From contig NC_042998.1 of NCBI RefSeq assembly GCF_006345805.1, forward strand, positions 31,868,001 to 31,932,000: a stretch of 64,000 nucleotides of DNA, read 5' to 3'. Below are positions 12,464 through 26,334 of this stretch, in pieces. The DNA is from Octopus sinensis (Eukaryota). Positions within the stretch are counted from its first letter, which is position 1; the number at the start of each line of letters is the position of its first letter. Under the pieces are notes generated by a model. The model worked only from the letters and a program-made list of their open reading frames with translations. It made no database searches and was not told the DNA's origin. A program made the position numbers and the translations under genes.

Positions 12464-12720
12464 AAGGCAGCGAGCTCGATGAAACGTTAACACGCCGGGC
12501 GAAATGCTTAGTGGTATTTCGTCTGCTGCTACATTCTGATTTCAAATCCGCCGAGGTCGATTGTGCCTTTCATTCTTTCGGGGTAGATTAAATAAGTACC
12601 AGTTACACACTGGAGTCGATATAATCGGCTTAATCCCTTTGTCTGTCCTTGTTTGTCCACTGTATGTTTAGCCCCTTGTGGGTAGTAAAGAAATAGGTAT
12701 TTCGTCTGTCTTTATGTTTT
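12464..12720 (+). mobile_element. SINE type A plus the start of a second head-less unit
   Basis: Full unit ending GTAGTAAAGAAATA, followed by GGTATTTCGTCTG. Confidence 0.9.
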
Positions 12721-13159
12721 TCTTTTTTTCTGCTAGAATACAAAACATCTGAGGGATTGGTTAATTTGTAAAACAGTTTAGACAATATTAGGATTTATGT
12801 GATATTGCAACGATTGTTGGGTTAGGGTTAACTGCAATAACCTTTTAGTGTGATATCAGGCTAATCAAATTAGGGAGAGAACTTGCAATTAAATGACATA
12901 TTAAAAAATTATGGTTAGCTAATCGATTTTCTTCTGCTATACAGAACAGGTTCTATTGTTTCAAAGATATTGGCCCTAGAAGAAAGCAATCGTTTGAGCC
13001 ATATTGAATTAGAAAATTGGAAAGTGATGATAAAAATGAACAAATCTGGAATATCACTGTATATCGATACGAAACCCCATTGTAATGTTTTTCCTTTACG
13101 ATCCGTGGGTAGGATGTAACAGGAAAAATCTCTGTTGCTATCGCAACTTAATTGAACAC

Positions 13160-13573
13160 TATTTCTTTACTACCCACAAAGGGTCAAACACAGAGAGGAC
13201 AAACAAGGACAGACAAACAGACAAACGGATTAAGTCGATTATATCGATCCCACTGCGTAACTGGTACTTATTTAATCGACCCCGAAAGGATGAAAGGCAA
13301 AGTCGACCTCGGCGGAGTTCGAACTCAGAACGTAGCGACGGGCGAAATAGCTATTTCTTTACTACCCACAAGGAGCTAAACACAGAGAGGACAGACAAAC
13401 CGATTAAGTCGATTACATCGATCCTAGTGCGTAACTGGTACTTAATTTATCGACCCCGAAAGGGTGAAAAGCAAAGTCGACCTCAGCGGAATTTGAACTC
13501 AGAACGTAACGGCAGGCGAAATACGGCTACGCATTTCGCCCGGTGTGCTAACGATTCTGCCAGCTCACCGCCT
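13160..13573 (-). mobile_element. Dimeric SINE type A with ~25-bp TSD
   Basis: Two tandem units; TSD tatcgca(a/c)cttaattga(a/t)cac(t/g)att at 13139-13163 and 13574-13598. Confidence 0.9.
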
Positions 13574-15199
13574 TATCGCACCTTAATTGATCACGATTAA
13601 CTATTTGCATTAGGTGTGCTCAAAAGCAACCTATACAAAACAATCAGCCAATATGGCAGTAGCGAAATCCAGTAAGAGGACATAAGCGCTCCTTATTATT
13701 GTAAATATGACTAAATTTAAATCAGATATATAATAATTGTAAAAATTCTTTCTTTTTTTTTACATATATATTCCTTGGAATACGCAACAATGATTATTGA
13801 TACTAATGCCCAAAGGTGTCAAATATAATTTTTTAATGACCTTCATTAAGTGAAAATTGATATTCAGCAGATATATTGGGGCTGATAAGGCTATGCTATT
13901 CGAGATTCGAATCACTAGTTTTTTTCAAGCAATATTTCCTTTTGGCATATAAATTTTCTTCAATATTAAAGAAATTACCTTAAAAATGCAAGTTCCTGAG
14001 ATTAGTTATTATGATAAGAGTTCAAAATCAGCCTAAGGAAATGTTTCTGTATAATGGTAAATCGCCTGAAGTTCATGGGAGTTCGTGCTATGGCAAAGTA
14101 CTAAACAAATTAACACGAATTTGTTGATATTAGTCCAGGAAATTTAAATCATTATCGAGACTCGAGTCGTAATTAAATCGTAAGCACAAGTTCGCATGCT
14201 TTTGTATCATATAGACATATGCCCGTAAACACACACACACACATATATATATATAATGTTAACAATAGATCGATTATTTATAGAGTATTCAATACTGAAA
14301 GTAGAGTCAAATTTATGATAAAATTCTTATTGACAAGGACTTTTTCCTGGCGGCTCATTCAATATGTATTGCTTTAATATATTTCTAAATGTGAAGCTGA
14401 AGGCAGAATTTGAAACTTCATTGCAATTTTCCCATAGAATTTACAAGAATTTTATGTTGCCATTATGTGGACAAACCAAACCACTTTGAATTCCTAATTT
14501 TCCTTGACCGTTTGACGAATAAACATTCAAAACGACATCAATTTTGCATCCAGTTCTGAATCAACTTTTGATTTATATGTAGTAGCCGATGTCCTACGCG
14601 ATATAATATATAAGTTTTGTATCAATTTAGTTTCTGTGCTGAATAAAATCCAGCTCTACGAACAATTCGTCGGGGCAAGTGGTTGTCATTTGCTATTCGC
14701 AATTTTCGTATTCTGATAAATAAATTCTCTGTTTTTTAACAATGGAAATATGATGACAGCTGAAGAAACTCCTGGTGCGAATTAGCGAATCCTATTGACA
14801 GGAGCGAGGGATATACTATGTAAAAGTAGTTATCATAAAGAATTATATAAGAAAATAGGCAATAAAATTACGAAATAAGTATTTGAAACTGAAAAGTTAA
14901 ACAGAACCATTGAGAAGAGCGCATCTGTTTCTCTTTTCTTTCTGGAATCGGACTTCATGGCAATTCATATTCCTTTGCATTTTAAGATGTAAAAGTTGAT
15001 TCATTTATATTCAGAATTATTGGAATATATCTTATGATATGCATGGAATTGACGCACATGGAATTGGGGCGGGTTACTTTGGGTTTTGGTAATGTATGTA
15101 TATCACATACGATATTTATATACGGATTTAATTTCGAATACTATTCTCTTTTCATTTATGAAAAATATTACGAAAATACAAGAAAGATTATATTTAAAT

Positions 15200-15535
15200 A
15201 ACTAGTGAGGAGGGCAAGAAGGCCAAATAATAGTCTACTACATGAGGCCTGGTCATGGGATATGAAAGTGAAGCTGGGGGAAAGGTTACAGTTTCTCAGG
15301 TCATCCATATAACCCTGAGGCCAAGTGTAGCTTTGTGGTCTCAAAAGGTCAAGAAAATAATTTTGATCAAGTTTACGATCCCGTTGGAAGAAGGGTGTGA
15401 TCAAGCCGACGAACAAAAGCGTGCTAAGTATGAGAGCCCTCTCCACGATGGCAGGGAGAAGGATTTGCAGTCAAGGCTTTTCCCAGTCGCGGTTGGTTGT
15501 AGGGGTTTCCCAGCCAAGTCGGTATTAGAAAGAGA
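15200..15535 (+). mobile_element. RLE-endonuclease non-LTR retrotransposon fragment (HERO-like)
   Basis: ORF 15255-15554: TLRPSVALWSQKVKKIILIKFTIPLEEGCDQADEQKRAKY...FPVAVGCRGFPA matches the LRPDIVLWS..ELTVPWEE..K..KY..VEVGCRGF pattern with catalytic residues mutated. Confidence 0.8.
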
Positions 15536-15914
15536 GCAAAACAGTGAAGGTTAGCTGTGCGCAAGACAAGAGAGGCAGTAGAAAGAAACCTGATGTTTTG
15601 TAATTTTGTTCTCTACGTCATAAATTAATTCCAGCCGTGCCACGACTCCCGCAGCTTGTGTTGCACATCGCTCGTTATAGGAATTTCCCTTATCAATAAA
15701 GATGACAGTATATCGAATACATAGGTACAATCGCATTTCTCTGACAGTCAGATATACGTTTATCGATTGCGTAAGCAGAGTTATGAGATGTGAAAATCAC
15801 AGGCGCACTCTTCTACTTAATTATAAATCACTCGGAATTCGAATGTTGTAAGACTATATTCCTTAGACATTTTTACCTCTGCATTTTGATATTTTAAATT
15901 ATGATATAGAACAA

Positions 15915-16132
15915 AAAGGTGGCGAGCTGTCAGAATCGTTAGCACAGCGAGAGAACTGCTTAGCGGCATTTCGTCCATCTTAACTTTTTGAGTACAAATT
16001 CGGCCGAGGCTGACTTTGCCTCTCCTCCCGTTCAGGGTTGATGAAATAAGTAGGGCACTGACAGGAGTGGGGCGCGCTGTAACCAACCCAGTCCCTTGCC
16101 AAAAATTGCTGGCCTCGTTCCAACATTTCAAA
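15915..16132 (+). mobile_element. Degraded SINE type A
   Basis: aggtggcgagctgtcagaatcgttagc...gactttgcc...gataaataagta-like blocks. Confidence 0.75.
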
Positions 16133-16719
16133 CCCACATAGAATAAATACACAGAGGCGTTTCTGTGCTCAGTGATTCTGTTGGAATTTGCAATATGTTG
16201 GTGGGGAGTGATTTAGTTAATGTTGATGATTAGCTGCAAGTCAAGTGGTCAGCGTCTGAAAAAAAATACCGGTACAGGGATAATATTTGATGGGCCTGAA
16301 TTTCAGAGGAAGTGTGTGAATAGTAGTGCTTAATTTGGTGGCCTGATATTGACACAGTAGACTGACGAAAGTAAGAGAGACGAGAGAGTTGTGAGCACAT
16401 GGAAAGAGGCAATATGAATGAAGTCAGATAAGTGGATCAGCGTGGGCGGTTTAGTAGTTCAGGTAAAAGCTAGGGAGGTAACTATATGTATTGTATGTGT
16501 ACAAGTAAGAGCTTCGACAGATACATGTTGCGCGCAACTTAATGCAAATCAATCTTGTGGCTATCTATATTCCTTTATACAGTTGAATGTCCATTTACTT
16601 ATGAAATGATATCAGTTTATTGTGTTGTTGTTTTTGTATAAGAGCAAGGAATGGTTATGATAAGAGATCGCATTATGGAATCATGAACCATTTCCAGCAT
16701 ATGTGTGTACATATATACG

Positions 16720-16783
16720 TACATACATACATACATACATACATACATACATACATACATACATACATACATACATACATACA

Positions 16784-16840
<57 letters not shown>
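16720..16840. repeat. (TACA)n/(TA)n microsatellite
   Basis: Directly visible. Confidence 0.95.
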
Positions 16841-16843
<3 letters not shown>

Positions 16844-17049
16844 GCATAAGATATATAAAGTACATATACGATGTGTGATGACAATGGTTGGAATATAGCT
16901 TTAGATGATAACAACGAAAGGTGTATTTATGCCGCTGGATAAAATTTGAAATGATTGTTTACACAGGATGGAAGAAGCTTTGTTACAAATGTAACTTTTA
17001 CTGTCATGTTATTCTTTTTTTGTTTACAACAATGGTAGACTGAGCGATT

Positions 17050-17300
17050 GCATGTTTTCAATCGTGACAATATTTCGAAGTGATTCTGAAAGCAATCAAC
17101 GAAATTTTATTAAAAGTAATCTGTGAGATTGTATACTCTTCTTCTTCATCCAGCTCTTTATATATCAAGAACCAGCTATCTGTCGGTGAAGGAATGCTTC
17201 TACAAAAGAAGACCCTCTTAAAGCAGATAAAGAATAGAAGAGTTATGATCGATGCTCTATATTGATACAGCAGAAACCAGGATTATAAATTGAACACTGG
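17050..17300 (+). mobile_element. Highly degraded piggyBac transposase relic
   Basis: Frameshifted HVFNRD / FEVILKAI (piggyBac MSRxRFExI pattern), then LYIKNQLSVGEGMLLQKKTLLKQIKNRR (LSVDEGML..KGR..KQYIKNK pattern) and LYIDTAETRIIN. Confidence 0.5.
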
Positions 17301-18067
17301 TTTTTGGTGTAGTAACAAGTACATAATATGCATTGTGTATACCTATACAAATTGTATTTACGTTAAAATATAAAATATATTCTATCATATAATGTGCATA
17401 CCCTAAATTATAAAAATCTTTAGAATAACGATTAAAAGATACAATATGCATTTCATTTTTCTTTTTTATTTCGAATCTCTTTTTTTTTGTTCATTTCGAA
17501 TTTCTCTTTCCTGTTTTCATTCTCGTAAATTTCCTCAATAACTCAGACTTATCGCAACGTCTTGGGAAATATTTTAATATCAAATGTCTTACGAATGGAA
17601 TAACATTCTTTGAAGAACTATTTATCAATAGCCTCTTTAGCAAGTCATGTTCATGCATGAGATAAGGAACTTAATAGCTGAAAGCCAATGTAATACTATT
17701 CAAAATATTAACTAATTTATTGTAGAATACATTGAGTATTGAAGGTTACTATTAAATATAATAAACTCGGTACAATTTAGAAAATCGAGGTTTAAGCACG
17801 AGTGTATTTTATAAATGTGAGTGCGAAGCTGTAAAGAAAGAAAAGAAAAGCCGTTTTGAAACCGAAACATGTGCGTGTTAATAATTTCCTTTTAAGTTTT
17901 CCTTTAAAATTTAAAGAAATCAAGAAAATCTTATAAGAATATTCATATAAATGAAACTACCTGATTAATATATATATATTAGAGATTCAAACATACATAC
18001 AACTAAAAATTCTGGCGCGTGTGTGTAACGTATTGATAAAATTGGCATTAAGTATATAAAATATTTA

Positions 18068-18255
18068 ACGCGGTGAGCTGGTAGAATCGTTTGCACATCT
18101 GTGAAAATGCATAAGCGATTTTGGTCTGTCTTTAGGTTCTTTGTTCAAATTCTTCAGAGGCTAACTTTACCTTTCATTCTTCGGAGTCGATAAAATGAGT
18201 AAAAATTAAAAACTGGTGTCGAAAGCCCGTTAATTTCTGGCCTTGTGATAAAGTT
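18068..18255 (+). mobile_element. Degraded SINE type A
   Basis: gcggtgagctggtagaatcgtt...gttcaaatt...cctttcattcttcggagtcgataaaatgagta. Confidence 0.75.
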
Positions 18256-18399
18256 TATAATATATAAAACATTAATGTAATGATATGATATCAGGAATGA
18301 TTTTAAACTGGGGCACAAGGCCAACTATTTTGAGGAGAGACGTATTTATATATGTGTGTGCGTGCGTACGTGGAGAGTTTGAACTTACGGAGACAATAT

Positions 18400-18580
18400 T
18401 GACATATCACCTGACGAAACACAACTAGACCTCATAATGCAAGGAAACAGTTGCATAATCAAATACCTGCATGCCTGGAGAACTACGTTGCGTAGAAACA
18501 ATTGTAATAATTGAAAATAAATGTCCAGCCGTACTCCTTTTTGTTGACTCCATATTTTTTTCAATTATTTATTCACACAC
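18400..18580 (+). mobile_element. PLE pseudo-LTR remnant with two tandem degenerate hammerhead-like motifs
   Basis: CTGACGA(18411)...GAAA-CAGTTG and CTGGAGA(18475)-tacg ttg cgta-GAAA-CAATTG-TA, followed by AATAAA. Confidence 0.45.
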
Positions 18581-18702
18581 GACAGAAATCAAAACGCAAA
18601 CCTGGAATTACGCATGATACTACTCCTGGATAGCATAAGGTGATATCTGAAGGTGGACGGATTTTATATCATACTCTCCTGTGTTCTTAACAAAATATAC
18701 CA

Positions 18703-18782
<80 letters not shown>

Positions 18783-19137
18783 CGTGTGTGCGTGTGCGTG
18801 TGAGTGTTGGATGGAACTGCCTTACGGCATTGATGAACAGCTACACCTGCAGAATCTGGATAGCTGTCGCTCACATTCAATTCCAGGACGGTTTAGTATT
18901 GCTTAGCTTTGATGTATACTCTGTTTTTTTAACATTATACGAGGGAATGACGTATATCGCAGCCAACTGCGGAACATAAGAGCATGCGTGATGCGATTTT
19001 ACAAAGGCTAAAACAAGAATATCTACTCGGACGTAATTACTGCAATAGACGTCCTATGGCGTTTCACTGTACACAATCGCATTGGCCATAAATGTACGCA
19101 AATTAATTTTAATCGTCGTTATTTAGTGTTATATTCA

Positions 19138-19221
<84 letters not shown>

Positions 19222-20950
19222 GTAGGATATTTCGGTTTTGTACAGGGAAAAACCAACCCTAAGGGGCTTGTCCACGTTATGCGTCACATTAGGCAATACG
19301 TTTTTGGTATAGTCTAATGTATCTGACAAGTCTTAAATTCACTTGGTGTATTGCAATCAACTGTCTCTTACGTCACTTTCGATGAAGAATGAGAACATTA
19401 CCTCATTATAAAAACTGTAATCATCAGATGAGAACGTATTTTTTATTTTTTTACACATACATATATACACTGATACACATACGTACACACACTCACACAC
19501 ACATGTACAAATATTTGCTTTCTGTTCAGTTATAATTGAAAAAAATTACATTAATCTGATTACTCTACACTTTTGTCGTGTACAAATTTATTATTCTTAA
19601 ACAAGAATATCGTTGACAGTGACTTTGAGACTTCGACTAGTGACGCCATCGTCGTATATAAATTTATTTATATTTACATATTACGAATTTGTTATATGTT
19701 CTACTTGTGTCCGTGTCTTTTGCATTCAGTAACGGTGAGTAATTGTAATTGGTAGCACGGTTCTTAAGATAATTACCATTCACTTTCCATCAGTGATTTC
19801 CACAAGTGATTTGTTTTAAACTTTACTATGTCTAATTGTTTGAGTGAAGAACACTAAGCGACATTCTTATTAGAATGCCGCACGGAATGTCTTGCAGTAA
19901 TTTTGCTCTCATTTAAAACCACGTCAACGTCCGCAAAATAAAGTAGAAACCGTTCATAATTCATAAATGAATTAACGGTTAAAGATTGTGAGAAATTTCA
20001 TGAAGTCCATTCCTTCTTAAATGCTTGACCCCATGCCAAATTTGAACGCTATTATTGCAGTAATTTGCAACATTTTTACACATGAATACAAATTCATTCA
20101 AAATTTGCTCGGTCTTTCATCCTTTCGAACTCGATAAATTAAGCATTGGATAAGAATCTCGATCGACTTACTCCGGGATCAATTTGTCTTAGATATGTTT
20201 ATTTAACCTATGCATGTAAATTTATATATAATTTGACCATGAAAGCGGTGTATTTGCAATTTAATTAGTTACAACGCGCTCCTAATGAATGTATTGATTA
20301 GGTAAAGATCAAAATCGGTGGCTCTTGTTCTTCACATTCACCGTAATTAGAAATTAAGCTACTCTCATCCCCTCTCTATCTCTCTCTCTCTCTCTCTCTC
20401 CTTCTTTCTGCACAATCAATGACCGTTCACACCACTACTAGGCTTGCAAAATTAGATGACGATACTGCATCTTGTTCTGTCTCATCATTAATGCATATTC
20501 GCCGGAATTGACAAGATCCTATATATATAGAAATCGAAAGGACTCAGTAACGCCGGTTGTAAATAGCAATAATACGTCTAAAAGGAAATAACTTCGATGA
20601 TTTCTGTATGATAAATGGACAAACGTTAGGGATGTTCCGTTACAAGAACAAAGTCAATTAACCGAAACTTCTGGTCTCTACATATGCCATGAATGGCATT
20701 GTTTGGGCACTGTATAGGGCCTGGGTAGAATATGAAGACTTCAGTAAAGTTATGTAGATATTTAATAACAATGTTCCTATCTGAAATCCAAACTGATCTC
20801 CTTGAAAATCCTGGTTTTGCGAATTGCATTCCTGTACATGTTTTACATCACTCTCACAAGCGATTAATCTATACCTACATGCAAGCATGCATGCATACAT
20901 ACACACATGCATACATACATACATGCATGCATGTATATATGGACTTTTCT

Positions 20951-21161
20951 TGGAATGAGAGAGAAAAAGATATAGCTAAGTGACTAGTAGTTCTAAATAC
21001 ATAAGGAATTAGGCCTAAGAGGTTAAAATTAATAATTATTAAAAATAATGATGAAATGATGAGTGAAAAGCCTCCTAAATTATTTCTAAAAGATCGAGTA
21101 ATTTGGATGTTAATAATTTGTTTGGGGATTATTAGAGAGGAGTTAAAAAATGAGGGGAAAA
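20951..21161 (-). pseudogene. atp6: NUMT: fragment of mitochondrial ATP synthase subunit 6
   Basis: Minus frame ...PKQIINIQITRSFRNNLGGFSLIISSLFLIIINFNLLGLIPYVFRTTSHLAISFSLSF; reading AGA as Ser gives the ATP6 signature NLLGLIPYVFSTTSHL. Confidence 0.93.
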
Positions 21162-21195
<34 letters not shown>

Positions 21196-21279
21196 CATAC
21201 ATGCATGCATACATACATACATACATACATACATACATACATACATACATACATACATACATACATAAAAGTCATGTCA

Positions 21280-21660
21280 AGCCAGCAGAACAAAGAATAC
21301 TGATGGGACGACTCCATAAATACATCAGTTCGGTGCAAACATGACAGACCTGATATTCTTCTGTTGGACAAAGAACAAAAGTTATGCACGGTTGAAAAGG
21401 TCAGATACACAGATACCCAAAGGTCTAGGAAAAATATAGCATTTGTGGTGAAATAAGGTGGAACATGAAATTCTTGTACCTGACTTTGAATTCTCATTTG
21501 TCACTATCATCATAGGTGTTTTAGGCTATATACCATCAAATTTGCACAAATATCAAGAAATACTCGGTTTCACGAAGAAAGACCAAAAGTAACAGACCCA
21601 AGTTCTCTAAATCTAATATATTAATGGCACAGTGAAGACTTGTAAAACATTCCAAAGAAT
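21280..21660 (+). mobile_element. Degraded RLE-endonuclease non-LTR fragment
   Basis: NKEY*WDDSINTSVRCKHDRPDILLLDKEQKLCTV and, after frameshifts, FEFSFVTIIIGVLGYIP (RPD..; PIIIGALG pattern). Confidence 0.75.
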
Positions 21661-21865
21661 CTCTTGGGATTCTTTTGTGAATATATGTACACACTTGGGT
21701 AAATGCATCGACAGTCCAACCAACACAAAAACTCAATCACAATTTTACAAATATCGGGAACTCTCTTAACTCAAAAAAGTCTTTTCATTTTGTTAGCGAC
21801 CGGCTTGAACTCTCTCAAGTAGAACTTAACACTCCAAGAAAAGACCATATATATTGCATACATAC

Positions 21866-22400
21866 AGACGTGGTTGTGTGCTGAGAAACTTGCTTTCCAG
21901 CCGTATGACTCTAGGTTCAGTGCCACTGTTGGCCGCCTTGGTTAGTGTGTCTTCCACGAGCCGACCAAAAAATCCTTGTGAGTGGATCTCGTAGTCAGAA
22001 ACTGATATATATATATATATATATAGGTCGTTTATATATATGTAGGTAAAATTAATAAGGATGGAGAATTGTGGATGTATAGTTAATTCATTTTGTCATA
22101 GTTTGTTGTTAAGATTTAAATACAAATAAAAAAAAAACGCAATAGAAAAACTTATATATATATATATGTATATGTTTGTGCGTCTGTGTTTGTCCCCCTA
22201 GCATCATTCGACAACCGATGTTGGTGTGTTTACATCCCTATCACTTAGCAGTTCGGCAAAAGAAACCGATAGAATAAATACCAGGCTTACAAAAATAATA
22301 AATAAGGACTTGGGTGGATTCCTTTGACTAAAAATTCTTCGAGGCAGTTCCCCGCCCTCCTGTATGGCTGTAATCTAATAACTGAAACAAGTAGAAGGAA
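21866..22400 (+). mobile_element. Degraded SINE type B with ~150-bp insertion in its TA tract
   Basis: 5' half 21866-22005 and 3' half 22165-22400 match type B. Confidence 0.75.
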
Positions 22401-23218
22401 AATTGCATACATAAATATATGGATGCATGCATATATACATGCATACATACACACACACACACACCCACATGTACATGCTTAAGCTGTACCAAGCTTTTCT
22501 AAGTATACGCATTTTGTAAATTTATTTGGAGCGTTTAGAACTTGAGTCCTCTGTAGAAAAACAACCCTTCTTATAGACAAACATCAATCATATTTAAAGA
22601 TTGAAAGATTAAGACATCTCAATCAGCAAACGGCTCAAACTATCCTCGTGTAATACGTAAACCCTATAAGCTAATAATTTAATTTTTTCTTATTACACAT
22701 ATTTTTTAACCAAACATTCGTTTTGCTTAGAAGTAAAACTATATGCTTGATAAATCATTTTAAAGTTTTTCTCACTAAAGTTCCATAGGTATTCTATGGT
22801 GACCTTGCAATTTCTTCTATCAAACATCTTCTCACTTCTAAAATCAGCCAAAGCAAGCAGGAAATTTCAAAAGATAACGATATCTTTGCATACACTCGTC
22901 ACATAGATTTTGCACCATATCTTTGCCGAAGCATCTATTTCAGTCTCTAGATACGATGCACGCAGTTCTCAACCTGTTTATCTACAATTCTCACTTTGCA
23001 ATGAATAAAGTTATCTCATACAAAATGAATTTGCATTTGAAGTTGCCAGTTTGTTACACACACATAAACACACAAATGCCCACAAACATGCACGCATACA
23101 TACTTACATACATACATACACACATACATATATACATACATACATACATGCATGCATACATAAATACATACACACATACATACATACATACATACATACA
23201 TACATACATACATACATA

Positions 23219-23454
23219 CAGTAATTCCTCGCCATATCGCAGTTCACTTATCGCGGTTCACCTATCGCGGTTTGTTATTTTAGCTTACGTCGATTCTTCC
23301 GTGGTGTTGTTTTGCATTTATAATAAAATGAATATATACAAATTAGAACGATAACAAAAATAACATACAGTACAGTATTGTTTCTAACTCGCGAATTTTC
23401 ACCTGTCGCGGGGGTTTTTGGAACGTAACACCCTCGACAGTCGTGGAATTACTG
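23219..23454. mobile_element. Tc1/pogo(Tigger)-type MITE
   Basis: TA|CAGTAATTCCTCG ... CGTGGAATTACTG|TA terminal inverted repeats with TA target; internal TATCGCGG-like repeats. Confidence 0.85.
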
Positions 23455-23897
23455 TATGTATGTATGTATGTATGTATGTATGTATGTATGTATTAGGGAA
23501 TGTTCATACACAGCTGTATGTATGCGTATATGTATGTGCGTATATATAAATATATGTACAAATCCACAAAAATTTTGTTTTCAATGAGAAATTCTTTGCT
23601 TTAGTAATTCAGTTTCACCTTTAGAAATAGATAAGCTTTACTTTTATTAATTTAGCCACATCATAGGCCTCCTGCTTTACATTCCAGATTGCTTTCATGC
23701 TGTGGATTTTGATGTTTAATGGCTCTTTCGGTGAATTGGTGATATAAAGTTTAATCAGTTTATGTATTGGAATAATTGCAACCTTATTTATATAGTATGC
23801 ATTTCAAAGATATAATTAATCATATGATGATGAGAAATCGCGGGGAAAGAGTTGAAATACGAAACAAAATACTGACTATAGAAGAAAGAGAATCGTG

Positions 23898-24263
23898 GCA
23901 CTCCGTCGATTGCGACGGCGAGGGTTCGAGTTGATCCAATCAACCGAACAGCCTACTCGTGAAAGTAATGTGCATGTGGATGAGCACTTCACAGGCACGT
24001 AGTTTTCGGGGAGATTCAGCGTGACACAGAGTGTGACAAGGCTGGCCCTTTGAAATACAGGTGCAACGGAAACAGGAAGAATGAGTGAGAGAAAGCAGTG
24101 ATGAAAGACCTCAACAGGGTTCGACACTACCCACTGCCGTGGTCTCGTGGAGTTTTAGATGCATTCGCTCAATAAACATTCACAACGCCCGGTCTGGGAA
24201 TCGAAACCGCGATCCTCCGACCGCGAGTCCGCTGCCCTAACCACTGGACCATTGCGCCTCCAC
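23898..24263 (-). mobile_element. tRNA-derived SINE type C (octopus OR-like)
   Basis: Reverse complement GTGGAGGCGCAATGGTCCAGTGGTTAGGGCAGCGGACTCGCGGTCGGAGGATCGCGGTTTCGATTCCC; matches 27044 and 38546 copies. Confidence 0.9.
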
Positions 24264-24764
24264 GAGAAATAGAATACTACATCAGTAAAACATGAAGTGT
24301 AAAGAAAATATAAAATGTAGCACCCATCGTAACACACACATATACCCGCATCTACATTTACTGGCTACGCACACTAAATCAGGCATGAATATATAGATAT
24401 GTGTATGAGAAAATTTTAAGAAAGTAGAACTATTTTTATGAGTAAATGTAATAGAGATACGCATATTACTTCAAACCTCAAAGTCACTTTCATTTAGTTT
24501 CATCGTTAATGTTAAAGATACAGTCATATGATGAATACATAATTTTTTCAAGCTGCTTCATTTTTATTCATGCCGCATAGGGTATGAATAACAATTATAA
24601 TTTCTCGAATTTTTAACAGCGTTCAGGGGTTTGTAACGATGCAAATTTGCCAATTTAATTCGAGAGTATTTAAAAAGTGTAGATATATTTAATCGTGTAA
24701 GTATTACATACCTACTTAGGCTGGGATAAAGTTCGCTTTAGCTCAATGTCTAAAATTGGTTTCA

Positions 24765-24941
24765 AATGTTGACAAGGTCAGAAATTTCGACCCCATTACT
24801 CAGCTGGTTCTTATTTTGTCGACCTCAAAATGATGAAAAGCAAAGTGATGAAAAGCAAACCAACTTAGAACGCAAAGACGGACGAAATTCCGCTAAGCAT
24901 TTTGCCCGGCGTGCTAACGATTCCGCCAGCTCGCCACCTTA
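24765..24941 (-). mobile_element. Internally deleted SINE type A
   Basis: ccgctaagcattttgcccggcgtgctaacgattccgccagctcgccacctt head. Confidence 0.8.
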
Positions 24942-25469
24942 GCTCAGCTCTAATATTAGTTTAGCAATTGTTGCCACATTAGAAAGACAGGTTCTAAAAT
25001 GTTTTGGTCACGGTATTTGAGACTTTCTCGGTAAGGTTTAGAGTTCACGACATCATGAAATTCTGATGATTGCACGATTAATTCTATGCACTTGAGAAGT
25101 GCATGCAAATACATTAAAAATTAAATTCAGAAAACTAAATCATTCTGAGACGTCATCTGCATGAAAAAAAAATAGTTAATTTAGTGTTCTCTTAGAAACG
25201 TTTATATAAATAACTATATTTTACATGATGTTTCATATTCAACCAGAAACTGTATCGAATAACGAGAGGACACGTTCATCGATGCTCGAGCATCGCACAT
25301 TAATACATTTATGTTGTGTGGATAAGAAAATATTATTCAGTCTAAAATTATTTCAGTCATTAACTCTACAGGATGGTCCAAAAGTCACGCAGAAAATAAG
25401 TTCAATACACGCCAGAACCGTGAAAGACATGCTTCAAGTTTTCGAAAATTGGATAAAATTATTAAAATA

Positions 25470-25575
25470 ATGACGGATACACAATTACTTGTACACGATA
25501 AACAAAATGAATCATAATAATGATGACGGATACACAGTTACTTGTACACGATAAACAAAATGAATGATAATAATA
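25470..25575. repeat. 53-bp tandem duplication
   Basis: atgacggatacaca(a/g)ttacttgtacacgataaacaaaatgaat(c/g)ataataat x2. Confidence 0.9.
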
Positions 25576-25584
25576 ATGACTTAA

Positions 25585-26148
25585 ATGTTTTGCCAGAAAG
25601 ACAGCTGGGGTTGGGGGTTAAGTCGATCACATCGACCATAGTGCGTAACTGGTACTTATTTAATCGAAAGGCAAAGTCGACCTCGGCGGCATTTGAACTC
25701 AGAACGTAGCGGCAGACGAAATACCTATTTCTTTACTACCCACAAGGGGCTAAACACAGAGAGGACAAACAAGGACAGACAAACGGAATAAGTCGATTAC
25801 ATCGACCTCAGTGCATAACTGGTGCTTATTTAATCGACCCAGAGAGGAGGAAAGGCAAAATCGACCTCGGCGGAATTTGAACTCAGAACGTAGCGGCAGA
25901 CGAAATAACGCTAAGCATTTCATCCGTTGTGAATAAAAATTATTTCAAAATTCTGCCACAAGGGCAGCTAGGGGGAGGTGAGGATTAGTCGATTACATCG
26001 ACCTCAGTGTTCAACTGGTACTTATTGTATCAACCTTGAAAGGATGAAAGGCTAAATCAACCTCAGCGGAATTTGAACTCAGAACATAAGGACAGAAGAA
26101 ATATCGCTAAGCATTTCGTCCAGCGCGCTAAAGATTCCGCCAGCTCGT
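25585..26148 (-). mobile_element. Cluster of three SINE type A units
   Basis: Three gtcgacctcggcgg(a/c)atttgaactcagaac-like cores; dimer junction at ~25716-25735. Confidence 0.9.
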
Positions 26149-26159
26149 CGTACATATTA

Positions 26160-26334
<175 letters not shown>

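Noticed and set aside
13085-13600. 171-aa ORF
   Set aside because: It lies almost wholly within the antisense strand of a dimeric SINE.
19375-19420. Hammerhead-like CGATGA-stem-AAAA motif (also 38355-38390)
   Set aside because: The core is too degraded to call; these are at most PLE pseudo-LTR debris.
20660-20832. Minus-strand segment resembling a cyclic-nucleotide channel C-linker (AIRKTRIFKEISLDF / EVFIFYPG)
   Set aside because: It needs a frameshift, the downstream CNBD motif is absent, and the similarity is too short to support.
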